Shown here one piece after another: positions 9,711-19,700 of a stretch of DNA of 64,000 nt (position 1 is the stretch's first letter; every line of letters begins with the position of its first letter). Under the pieces are notes generated by a model. It was given only the letters and a program-made list of their open reading frames with translations, was not told the origin of the DNA and did no database searches. Source of the stretch: Phycisphaerae bacterium (GTDB lineage: Bacteria > Planctomycetota > Phycisphaerae > UBA1845); assembly GCA_963666835.2 (NCBI GenBank), contig CAXXGO010000005.1, positions 64,001 through 128,000 on the forward strand, given 5' to 3'. The position numbers were made by a program, and so were the translations under genes.

Positions 9711-10044
9711 GGAGCTTACGAGCCTTCCCGATACGATCGCGGAGGAAGTACAGTTTCGCCCGGCGGGTCTTGCCGCGCCGCATGATGTCTACCTTGACGA
9801 CGTTGGGGGAGTGGACGAGGAACTGCCGTTCCACACCCTGGTTTGCGACGATTCGGCGGACCGTGAAGATCTCGTTTATTCCGGTTCCACGGCGGGCTAT
9901 TACCACCCCGTTGAAGATCTGCACCCGCTCCTTGTCGCCTTCCACGATGCGACAGTGAACGTTGACGGTGTCACCAATATGGAACACGGGTGGGTCGGCC
10001 TTGAGATACTGCTTTTCCACCAGGTTTATCAACGGCGAACTCAT
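9649..10044 (-). CDS. rplS: 50S ribosomal protein L19
   Basis: GDTVNVHCRIVEGDKERVQIFNG...FTVRR...RRAKLYFLR. Confidence 0.97.
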   Translation of the reverse strand: MSSPLINLVEKQYLKADPPVFHIGDTVNVHCRIVEGDKERVQIFNGVVIARRGTGINEIFTVRRIVANQGVERQFLVHSPNVVKVDIMRRGKTRRAKLYFLRDRIGKARKLRELRVHHKKAAQPALETAAV

Positions 10045-10110
10045 TACACCACTCCAAGAACCTTCGGCGTTTGCGGCGACTGGCCGGCAAACGCGCCTCA
10101 AGAATAACGT

Positions 10111-10818
10111 CTAGGTTAAACCCGCTGACGGTCCATCGTCAGGGGCCATCAAATCGGGGCGCCGAGCCGCCGTCCGTTCCACAGCCTGTTTCCGGCGCCA
10201 CGCTTCTATCGCCGCGTGGTTTCCGGAGAGCAGAACATCTGGCACCTCTTGCCCGCGAAACACTCTCGGCCTGGTGTACTGCGGGTACTCCAACAGGCCG
10301 TTGGAAAACGAATCATCTCCCGCCGAGTCCTCGTCGCCCAGAGCTCCGGGCAACAACCGCACCACGGCATCAATCAGTACTATCGCCGCCGGCTCGCCGC
10401 CGGACAACACGTAATCGCCGATCGAGATCTCGCGAGCCCCGATGCCTGTGCGAATCCTCTCGTCGAAACCCTCGTAATGTCCGCAGAGCAGCATGAGCCA
10501 AGGCTCAAACGCCAACTCCGCCACGGTCTGCTGGGTAAGCCGCTCACCCTGCGGGGTAAGCAGAACCCTATATGGCTCCCCGCCGTGCTGCGCCTGCACG
10601 TGCTCAACGGCGTCGAACACGGGCTCGCACATGAGGACCATTCCAGGCCCGCCGCCGAAGGGCCTGTCATCAACCGTGCGATGCTTATCCTGCGCAAAAT
10701 CGCGGATATTGGTGCATCGGACCGTCGCGAGATTCGCGTCCCTGGCTCGCCCGAGGATGCTGGAAGCCAGATACGGCTCGAAGACTTCCGGGAAGAGCGT
10801 CAGGACGTCGATCCGCAT
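10111..10818 (-). CDS. trmD: tRNA (guanine-N1)-methyltransferase
   Basis: [33 protein letters not shown]. Confidence 0.97.
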   Translation of the reverse strand: MRIDVLTLFPEVFEPYLASSILGRARDANLATVRCTNIRDFAQDKHRTVDDRPFGGGPGMVLMCEPVFDAVEHVQAQHGGEPYRVLLTPQGERLTQQTVAELAFEPWLMLLCGHYEGFDERIRTGIGAREISIGDYVLSGGEPAAIVLIDAVVRLLPGALGDEDSAGDDSFSNGLLEYPQYTRPRVFRGQEVPDVLLSGNHAAIEAWRRKQAVERTAARRPDLMAPDDGPSAGLT

Positions 10819-10838
10819 AGGCGAACGGCTTATCCCGC

Positions 10839-11105
10839 TCAGGCCGAGGGGGCCTCTTTGCCAACGCCGTGCTTCTCCAAAAGCCGGCGGACTGTGTCGC
10901 TCGGCTGAGCGCCGACGCTGAGCCAGTACTCGATGCGTTCGCGCTTCAGGGCGACCTGCCGGTCCGGATCGGTATTGACCGGGTCGTACGCGCCCAGCTC
11001 TTCAATGACCTTGCTGTCTCGCTGGCGACGGCCATCGACGGCAGCAATCCGGTACACCGGGTGATGCCGGCGACCAATACGTTTCAACCTGATCCGGACA
11101 GCCAC
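10839..11105 (-). CDS. rpsP: 30S ribosomal protein S16
   Basis: [19 protein letters not shown]...GAQPSDTV. Confidence 0.97.
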   Translation of the reverse strand: MAVRIRLKRIGRRHHPVYRIAAVDGRRQRDSKVIEELGAYDPVNTDPDRQVALKRERIEYWLSVGAQPSDTVRRLLEKHGVGKEAPSA

Positions 11106-11180
11106 AGTATTCTCCTGGCAGAATCGGGACTCCCGCCGGCCTCCAAATGCCGATTGCGTCCCATGAACCCAAGTCCGGCA

Positions 11181-11208
11181 AGTATAGCAGCGGCGCTGCA
11201 GACGGCAA
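11181..11208 (-). promoter_or_regulatory. sigma70-like promoter of the rpsP operon
   Basis: TTGCCG-16 nt-TATACT on the minus strand. Confidence 0.5.
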
Positions 11209-11267
11209 TACCGCGTGCCGGCGTATTACCGCAAACTAGTGGAAAAAAAGAGGAACGTGTTCCGCAT

Positions 11268-11310
11268 AACAAGAAAGCACCGCTCGCCCTAGAGCGAAAC
11301 GGTGCTTTCC
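11268..11310 (-). terminator. Intrinsic terminator
   Basis: GAAAGCACCG...CGGTGCTTTC stem followed by TTGTT on the minus strand. Confidence 0.65.
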
Positions 11311-11430
11311 GGAGGGGAAAGAAGCCTGGCGATGCGAATGTCAGCCCTTTTGGGCAGCCTCCTAAGTATACACACGGACCAAGCGGTCGCTGGTTCCGAG
11401 GGAACCGGTTTCTCCAACGAGTATTACTAT
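11268..11430 (-). ncRNA. Candidate structured small RNA (family not recognised)
   Basis: Upstream TTGACG-16-TACATT (11464-11437); internal hairpins GGTTCC-CTC-GGAACC, AGCG-AC-CGCT, CCC-AAAA-GGG; 3' terminator hairpin. Confidence 0.5.
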
Positions 11431-11534
11431 CGACCGAATGTACCCACTAACTTTGACTCGTCAACAGATAATCCACACGACCAGGGCGAAAAAACAGGGC
11501 GTTACATGCGGTTTTACCGGACATTCAACCCAAA

Positions 11535-14123
11535 CTAGCACTTCGAGAACCCACACGAGTCGCAGGTCACGCACCCTTCACTGAATCGCAAGGAACTCTG
11601 GCAATCTGGGCAGATGACCTTGTACTGCGTCTGCTGCCACTGAAATCCAAGGGAATCGAGCCTCGAGGGTGCTGTCTTCGATCGCGCGCGGGCGGCGGTG
11701 TTCGCTCCCGATCCGTTGGCCTTACCGCTACTGTTACCGTTTTTTTTTCGGGCGTTCTTGCCGTTCGCATCGGAGCCGGCCGGTTCACGGGCAGGCTCGT
11801 CGCCGCTGTCTCCGAGCAAGAGCCCGCGAAGTCCCATCGTCTCTTTGCTCTGCGTGTACCTCTGCAGGGCGCGGGCGAGCCCGTCGCCGAGGCTCATGAT
11901 CTTGCCGTCCTTTGTATGCACCTGCAGGCTGGAACCGATCGAGTGTAGCTGCTGGATCACGTGGTTGAGACTGCCGCCGGCCCGTAACCACAGGCTGACC
12001 ATGCGGCAGATCGCCTCCAGATCGCTATTAGCCAGGTCGCCACCCTTGCCGAGCTGAGCGAACACCTCCAGCTCGCGGTTTGTTGTTGGGTCCACCGTTA
12101 TGTTTATGTGCATATTGCCGAACGGTGTAAGCTGCCGTACGCGGATTCCCGTGGCAATTTCGGGGAGCACGGCCGGCTCGAGGGGCTTGAACTCCGCCGG
12201 CTCGTAATCAACGTCTGCGGGTTCCGCTTCCTTGTCGTCGCTCTTAAGCGCCATCGGCTGGTTCTCGCGACATCCGTTCCGGTAGACCGTGACGCCCTTG
12301 CAGTTCAAGTCGTATGCCATCCGGTAGATGGTCGCAACGTCTGCGATAGTGGCGTCCTCGCGGAAGTTGATGGTCTTGGAGATCGATGCGTCACAGTGCT
12401 TTTGGAAAGCCGCTTGCATCTGCATGTGCCACTCCGGGGCGATGTCGTGAGCGCATACGAATACGGCCCGGGCTTCGGGGGGAACCCCGTCAACATTAGC
12501 GAGGGTGCCGTCCGTGGCAATCCGCTCCATCAGTCCCTCGCTAAAGAACCCCTGCCGACGGGCGACGGTCTCGAAGATCGGATTGATCTCGACCATCGGC
12601 GTCTGGCCTTCGTCCTGCTCGCGCAGGACGTTGCGGAAGAAGGCCAAGCTGTAAAGCGGCTCTACGCCGCCTGAACAGCCGGCAATAATACTGATCGTGC
12701 CCGTAGGGGCCACCGTCGTGGACGTGGCATTCCGCATCGGGCGATGGTACTTCGTGTCATATACGCTGCCTTCCCAATTCGGGAAACAGCCGCGACTCTC
12801 CGCCAGTTTCTCGCTCGCGTTGTGCGATTCTTCGTTCACGAACTCCATGAACCGCTCGCCCCACTCCACCCCTTCGTCGCTGTTGTAAGGGACGCCGAGA
12901 AGGAAGAGGGCGTCGGCGAAACCCATTATACCGAGGCCGATCTTGCGGTTGGCCTGGCACATCCGGGTGATTTCGTCCAGCGGGTACTTATTGACGTCGA
13001 TTACGTTGTCGAGGAAACGAACGGCCTCGTGGATCGTCCGGCGCAGACCGGCCCAATCTACCGTCGGGGCGGCGCCGTCGTCGTGGTGTACGAATGACGC
13101 AAGGTTGACACTGCCCAGGTTGCACGCCTCGTAGGGTAGCAAGGGCTGTTCGCCGCACGGGTTCGTTGCTTCCATACGTCCGATGTGCGGCGTCGGATTC
13201 GCCTGGTTAATACGATCGATAAAGATGACCCCGGGTTCGCCCGTCCGGTGGGCGTTGGTCACGACCATGTCCCAGATGTCCTGGTATGTGTGATACTCGC
13301 CGGGTGGAAGCGATCCGTCTTCCTCGGCCGGAACCAGCGAGCGAAGGTCGTACTCCCAGGTCTCCAGGTCTTTCGGCAGTCCGTACTTCTTCCCGGTTCG
13401 CGGGTTGATTGTCAGGTGCGGACTAGCCGGATTCGCAATGAACGACTCCATCCACTCGTCGGTGATCTTCACCGATATGTTGTAATTCGTGAACTGGGTC
13501 AGGTCCTCCTTAGCGTGGAGGAACTTGAGAATGTCGGGATGGGTGACGTTCATCATCCCCATGTTGGCTCCGCGGCGGAACGCTCCCTGTTGGATCGCGT
13601 TCGTGGCTTCGCTGAACGCGCGCCAGAAGGAAATCGGACCGCTCGTGGTTCCGCCGGAACTGCTGATAAAGTCGCCGGTGGGACGCAGCTCGTCAAAAGC
13701 GAAGCCGGTACCGCCACCGGCTTTTTGGATCAGGGCCGTGTGCTTGATCGAATCGAAAATCTCGTCGATGCTATCGCCCACGGGAAGCACGAAGCACGCG
13801 CTGAGCATGCCCATCTCTCGCCCGGCGTTCATCAGCGTGGGACTGTTGGGCATGAACCGTCGGCTCATCATCAACGCGTAGAAACGATCCTCCCACTCGC
13901 TTCGGATCTCGGGATCGGAGTCATACTGCGCTTCGGCTTCGGCAACGGCCTTAGCAACCCGCCGAAACATGTCTCTTGGCGACTCCGTGCACCGGCCCTG
14001 CTCATCCTTCTTCAGGTACCGCGCCCGAAGAACGCGCAGAGCATTTGCTGCGAAGCCCGTGCCCGGTTTCTGCGTGTCGTCCGTGACACCCGATTCACGA
14101 TTCCTGATCACTGCTTCCGACAT
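11535..14123 (-). CDS. nrdJ: Class II (adenosylcobalamin-dependent) ribonucleotide reductase with TSCPD domain and C-terminal Zn ribbon
   Basis: FMPNSPTLMNAG, LSACFV, TNPCGEQPL, TTVAPTGTIS, KGVTVYR, CPDC...CDSCGFSKC. Confidence 0.95.
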   Translation of the reverse strand: MSEAVIRNRESGVTDDTQKPGTGFAANALRVLRARYLKKDEQGRCTESPRDMFRRVAKAVAEAEAQYDSDPEIRSEWEDRFYALMMSRRFMPNSPTLMNAGREMGMLSACFVLPVGDSIDEIFDSIKHTALIQKAGGGTGFAFDELRPTGDFISSSGGTTSGPISFWRAFSEATNAIQQGAFRRGANMGMMNVTHPDILKFLHAKEDLTQFTNYNISVKITDEWMESFIANPASPHLTINPRTGKKYGLPKDLETWEYDLRSLVPAEEDGSLPPGEYHTYQDIWDMVVTNAHRTGEPGVIFIDRINQANPTPHIGRMEATNPCGEQPLLPYEACNLGSVNLASFVHHDDGAAPTVDWAGLRRTIHEAVRFLDNVIDVNKYPLDEITRMCQANRKIGLGIMGFADALFLLGVPYNSDEGVEWGERFMEFVNEESHNASEKLAESRGCFPNWEGSVYDTKYHRPMRNATSTTVAPTGTISIIAGCSGGVEPLYSLAFFRNVLREQDEGQTPMVEINPIFETVARRQGFFSEGLMERIATDGTLANVDGVPPEARAVFVCAHDIAPEWHMQMQAAFQKHCDASISKTINFREDATIADVATIYRMAYDLNCKGVTVYRNGCRENQPMALKSDDKEAEPADVDYEPAEFKPLEPAVLPEIATGIRVRQLTPFGNMHINITVDPTTNRELEVFAQLGKGGDLANSDLEAICRMVSLWLRAGGSLNHVIQQLHSIGSSLQVHTKDGKIMSLGDGLARALQRYTQSKETMGLRGLLLGDSGDEPAREPAGSDANGKNARKKNGNSSGKANGSGANTAARARSKTAPSRLDSLGFQWQQTQYKVICPDCQSSLRFSEGCVTCDSCGFSKC

Positions 14124-14347
14124 TGAACGGCTGCGCCTCCACCGGCGTTTCCACCGGATTGTCTTTGGTCATCGCGCGTTAAAGGACCGGCTCACCGTCG
14201 CGTTGGACAGCACGCCCCCAGTGCTCCCTCTTCCCCGCCTGGGTGCCCAAGGTTGGGCTCGTTAATCTGGAAACGCTCGCGCTTTAAGAAGATCGAACTC
14301 GATCTTCGCCTCTTTCCGGAAGATCTTATACATCACGAGCGAAGGCA

Positions 14348-14376
14348 ATCGTAGCCCATGTATCGATGTTCGTCAA
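14348..14376 (-). promoter_or_regulatory. sigma70-like promoter of nrdJ
   Basis: TTGACG-17 nt-TACGAT. Confidence 0.55.
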
Positions 14377-14383
14377 GCGCGAA

Positions 14384-14399
14384 ACACAATATCTTGTAG
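14384..14399. promoter_or_regulatory. NrdR box
   Basis: ACACAATATCTTGTAG matches the NrdR consensus acaCwAtATaTwGtgt, just upstream of the nrdJ -35 element. Confidence 0.7.
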
Positions 14400-15138
14400 G
14401 TTCTGTGAACTGGAGCGGGCGCCATGACGCTACCGCGTTGGAAGTATCGGCCGCAGGGGAGATTACGATGAAAACAACAGAGAAATGAACATGTGAGTTT
14501 ATCTGGACTCTGCGAGCCGAAGCCCAGACCGCTCCAAAAAACCTGTCCGATTCAGCGTGTTTCGCAGGAGCTGCGCCGGCGGATCGAGCCGAAGGGCGCT
14601 TCGAAAGAGGCCACTCAAACCGGGGCGTTACGCCTCTGCGGGGCACACCGCGATGCGGAGTTAGCCGACGCCGTGCTCCGGATTGCAAAATTACTTAATC
14701 GAGGCGTCTGCTGGTGTCGCCCAGGGTGCAGAACAGGGTAGGGAAATTACTTTCTGTACCGAGTGCGATTCAATTATGTTCGCTATCGGAATAGTGGAAC
14801 GCGATTCTGTTGGCTGTGAGCGGGAGCGTAAAGGTCGGTGAGTCCGCGATGAACCGGCCGGGGGCGGTTGCAATCATGCTGCAGGGGGGCGGAAAGGTGC
14901 GGGACGGGCCTTGGCGAGGGGCGAGAGCCGCCGGTGATTCCGGCGTCTCCAACCAAAGCGAGCCGGGAGGAGATTGTGCCCCCCGGCGAAAACGCCGGCC
15001 TGGATCGTTGATGACGTTCGCATGGAGTAGGGTCGAGATGCGGTGGCGCTGCGCCGCTCCGTCTCCACATCCCGCTCGTCAGACCGGACGTGCGAGTTTC
15101 CCGTATCCGGCTTCCGAGTTGCCCTTAGGCACCGGACG

Positions 15139-15179
15139 AATAAAGAACGGGCCGGAGCACGCGCACGCGCCCCGGCCCG
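15139..15179 (-). terminator. Intrinsic terminator (repeated at ~21746 and ~28358)
   Basis: CGGGCCGGGGCGCG..CGCGTGCTCCGGCCCG followed by TTCTTTATT. Confidence 0.7.
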
Positions 15180-16737
15180 ACTATTACTCTTTTGTACAGG
15201 GTGTCTTGCCGACGTCACGGTATCACAATTACCGACCGGAACGCTGCCTGGTCGGTCCGACCGTGCCCTGTATCAGCTCGGCGTTTCAAGGGGTGCCGAT
15301 CGCCCAGATCTCCACGTCGTCGACATTCCAGCCGCTGTAGAGCCAGCTACTGTCCGTCGTACCCATCGTCCACCGCAGATACACCGTACCCTCACCGTCC
15401 GCCACGGCCGAGATGTCGTACTCCATCTGGCTCCAGGCGGAATCGGTAACCTCGGCGGAGTTCTCCCAAACGGTCGTCCAAGTGCTGCCGTTGTTGCTTA
15501 CCCGCAGGTAAGCGTGGTCGTACCTGGGCTGCTCGACATTCAGCCAGCGCCAGAACTTGACCGTGACATCGGTCAGGTTGGTGCAGTCGATTGCGGTCGA
15601 GGTCAGGTTTGTCTCGGCGAGGTTGTTGGTGTAATCGCCGGACAGGTTGTAGCCGTATACGTTGCTGCCGGTATACCCGCTACTCGGGTCGGCGTTTCCA
15701 TGGGAAGCCCCGCCACTTCCGGTCGGCTGTCCCCAGGCCCATTGGCCCGCGGTCGTCCATCCCGGATCAGTGTCCATGTTCCACGAATACTTGACCGCCG
15801 GTCCCGCGACACAGGTGTCGGAGATCTCATCGCAAGTCTGTCCCGGACACGGATCCGATCCCGGCTGGCAGAGGTTGCTGACGCAGGTTTCCGCGCCGTT
15901 GCAGAACAGGCCGTCGTCGCACTCCGCATCACCGGTGCAGGAGATGGCCGCCGTTACGTCCACGGTAATGTCGTCAACCGCCATATCGCTGCGATAGCTG
16001 GTGCCGGTGACTCCGTGGAAGCGGATGGTGATCGTCTTGCCGACGTAGGCGGTCAGATCGACGGTCGCCTCGTACCACGAGTTGCCTTGATTCCCGGACA
16101 GGCTCCATACATTCGTCCAGCTTGTGCAATCTTCGGATACCTCGACGTTCAGCGTGCCCATCGACGTTCCGTACATGTGATACCAGAAGGTCAGCTCTAC
16201 CTCGCTGGTATTGGCCAGATCGAAGCACGGGCCCTCGAGCAGGGCCGTCTTGCTCGGGTAGTTCGGGCTCGACGACTCGGTGTAGACATAATACGACCCG
16301 CCGTGGGCCGCGGACGGACCGGTGCTGCTCGACGAAGTTGAACCGCTCTTTCTGGTCCAGTCCATGTCATCGCCGGTCATGTTGACCCAATCGCCGAAGC
16401 CGCTTTCGAAACCTTCAGTATAAGGATACGAGGAGACGGTGACGTCGCACTCGTTGTAGCAGACCCCGTCGACACAGGTGTCCGTCGTACAAGCGTTGTC
16501 GTCGTCACAGTCCTCGTCTTCCACGCACTCGACTGACTCGCACGTGTCGGTTTCTTCGTTGCAGTATTCGCCCGATTCGCACGGCTCAACTCCCGCCTGG
16601 CAGTCATTGACCGCATCGCAGGTCTCGGTTCCGTCACACCACAGACCATTGTCGCAGTTAGCGTCGTTGGCCACGTTGTCACACGAATCCGTCGACTCAT
16701 TACACGAATCATCCGTGCAGCTCACGCCGTCGTCGCA
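15139..16737. repeat. ~1.6-kb shared 3' cassette (copy 1 of 3; other copies 21746-23344 and 28358-29956)
   Basis: Near-identical DNA covering the terminator, 3' UTR, jelly-roll domain, MAM domain and last Cys repeats. Confidence 0.95.
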
Positions 16738-19700
16738 ATCCACCGCCGTGCCGGACTGGCAACCCAGCGTGATGTGGCAGACCTCGGCTCCGTCGCAATA
16801 CACGCCGTTGTCACACAGGCTGTCGTTGGCGATGTTGTCGCACGAGTCGGTACTCTCGTTGCAGGAATCGTCCGTGCAGCTTACGCCGTCGTCGCAGTCC
16901 ACGGCAGCGCCGGTCTGGCAGTCGAGGGCGGCGTCGCAAGTCTCCGCCCCGTCACAGTAATCGCCGTTGTCGCACAGGTTGTCGTTCGCGATGTTGTCGC
17001 ACGAGTCGGTGGTCTCGTTGCACGAGTCATCCGTACAACCGACCCCGTCGTCGCAGTCCACCGCGGTACCGGCCTCGCAGACTCCGTCGACGCATTGCTC
17101 TTCGCCGTTGCAGTACACGCCGTCGGCGCAATCCGCATTCTCCAGGCAGTCATAGCAGGTATCGGTGCTTTCGTCGCAAAGCTGCCCCGGACACGGGTCG
17201 CTGCCCGACTGGCAATCCAAGGTTGCGTCGCAAGTCTCGGTTCCGTCGCAGAACGCGCCATTGTCGCAGTTGGCATCGTTGGTGACGTTGTCGCACGAAT
17301 CGGTGGTCTCGTTGCACGAGTCGTCCGTGCAGCCGACCCCGTCGTCGCAGTCGACGGCCGTTCCCGATTGGCAATCGGAGGCGGCGTCACACCACTCGTC
17401 TCCGTCGCAATACAGGCCGTTATCGCAATTGTCGTCGTTCGCAACGTTGTCGCACGAATCTGTGGTCTCGTTGCACGAATCATCGGTGCAAGCGACGCCG
17501 TCATCGCAGTCCACGGCGGTGCCTGCCTCGCAACCGGTAACCGAATCACAGACCTCCGCCCCGTCGCAGTAAAGACCATTATCGCAGTTGGCGTCGTTAG
17601 TGACGTTATCGCAAGAGTCCGTACTCTCGTTGCAGGAATCGTCGGTGCAGTCGACCCCATCGCTGCAGTCGATTGCCGTACCCGCAACACACGAGCCGTC
17701 GACACAGTCCTCAGCTCCGTTGCAGTACAGCCCATCGTCGCAGTCCGCCGGGACGGAGCATTCCGGCCCGGACGGATACGCGACTGCCGTCTCGAACACA
17801 ACATAGCCGACCTGCTCGTTAATGTGGTTGCGCTCGGTATCGGCGAGCTGATCCTCGTCGATCACCAGATCTATCGTCGTGGCAGTAGTAGGACTTGCGC
17901 CGTAGGTATACGACCACCCACCGTTAGCACCGTCTACGCCGGCCATCGTCGTGACTGCCACCGTCGGCGCAGAGGCGAAAGCACTATCGAACGTGTATGT
18001 GTAAGGTGGCGAGTTGCTCACTCCAAGGACCGTATCAGTGCCCAGCAGAGCCTCGAACTCGACATCACCGATCGTCCCGTGATCGGCCTCGAACACAATG
18101 AAGCCAATGGTCTCATCCGACCGGGTCGTATCCGGGTCTTCGCATACGGTCTTGCCGGTCACCAGCGTGGTTGAAGACGGCGGATTGGTCCGCGCGCTAC
18201 CCTGGCACCAGAAGACCGACCAAGCATCGTTAGCCGTCATGACTTGGCCGAGCACCACCGGATCCGTGTAGGTCTGATTGTAGGTTTGAGTCTCGCCAAC
18301 CCAACTGCCGTTCTCGTCGGTTACGGTTGAGAGATAGGTTTGAGCCTCGATGGCCACTCCGTCAATCGTCCAGGTGCCTTCTTCGACCACCAGGTAACTG
18401 ACGGTCTCAGACGCAACCGCACTGCCCGACGGGTTCTCCAACCACACGTCGAAGCTGTTCGACGTAACAGAGTCGACCCGAGCGACGACGGGGATGCTGT
18501 TGTTATAGTACTGCACCGAGCAGACCACTACCGGGCTAACGTAGCTGTTGACCAAGTCGACGGTCACCGCCGTGTCGCCCACCGTCAACGTATCCGCCTC
18601 CAGTTGGGCCGTCGGACCGGCAAGGCACTCGTCATTCACTTCGTCGCAGCTCTGACCAGGACAAGGATCCGTGCCGGCCTGACAATCGTACACGGAGTCA
18701 CACGTCTCCGTCCCATCACACCACAGACCATTGTCGCAGTTAGCATCGTTGGCCACGTTGTCACACGAATCCGTCGACTCATTACACGAATCATCCGTGC
18801 AGCTCACGCCATCGTCGCAATCCACCGCCGTGCCGGACTGGCAACCCAGCGTGATGTGGCAGACCTCGGCTCCGTCGCAATACACGCCGTTGTCACACAG
18901 GCTGTCGTTGGCGATGTTGTCGCACGAGTCGGTACTCTCGTTGCAGGAATCGTCCGTGCAGCTTACGCCGTCGTCGCAGTCCACGGCTGTCCCGGACTGG
19001 CAACCGAGTGTGGCGTGACAAGTCTCCGCTCCGTCACAGTAAGTGCCGTTATCGCAGTTTGCGTCATTGGCGATGTTGTCGCACGTATCGGTGGTCTCGT
19101 TGCACGAGTCATCCGTGCAGCCGACGCCGTCGTCGCAGTCCACCGCGGTACCGGCCTGACAAACTCCGCCGACGCATTGCTCTTCGCCGTTGCAATACAA
19201 GCCGTCGGCGCAATCCGCATCCTCCTGGCAGTCATAGCAGGAATCGGTGCTTTCGTCGCAGAGCTGCCCCGGACACGGGTCACTGCCGGATTGGCAATCC
19301 AAGGTTGCGTCACAGGTCTCTGCGCCGTCGCAGAACGCGCCATTGTCGCAGTTGGCGTCGTTCGTGACGTTGTCGCACGAGTCGGTGGTCTCGTTGCACG
19401 AGTCGTCCGTGCAGCCGACCCCGTCGTCGCAGTCGACGGCCGTTCCCGATTGGCAACCCAAGGTGGCGTGGCACGTTTCCGCCCCGTCACAGTAGGCGCC
19501 ATTGTCGCAGTTGGCGTCGTTCGTGACGTTGTCGCACGAGTCGGTGGTCTCGTTGCACGAATCATCTGTGCAAGCGACGCCGTCGTCGCAGTCCACGGCG
19601 GTGCCCGCCTGGCAGCCCAATGTGGCGTGGCAGGTTTCAGCTCCGTCGCAGTAATCGCCGTTATCGCAGTTGCCGTCGTCGGCGACGTTATCGCACGAAT

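Noticed and set aside
11338..11362. SRP RNA domain IV resemblance (TCAG-CCC-TTTT-GGG-CAGC) near rpsP
   Set aside because: It lacks the GNRA tetraloop and the CAGG/AGCA internal loop
11302..11538. 78-aa + strand ORF
   Set aside because: It lies antisense to the promoter-hairpin-terminator unit and has no recognisable motif
14124..15130. Cobalamin riboswitch upstream of nrdJ
   Set aside because: No B12-box or GCCACTG/GGGAAG core could be found by eye
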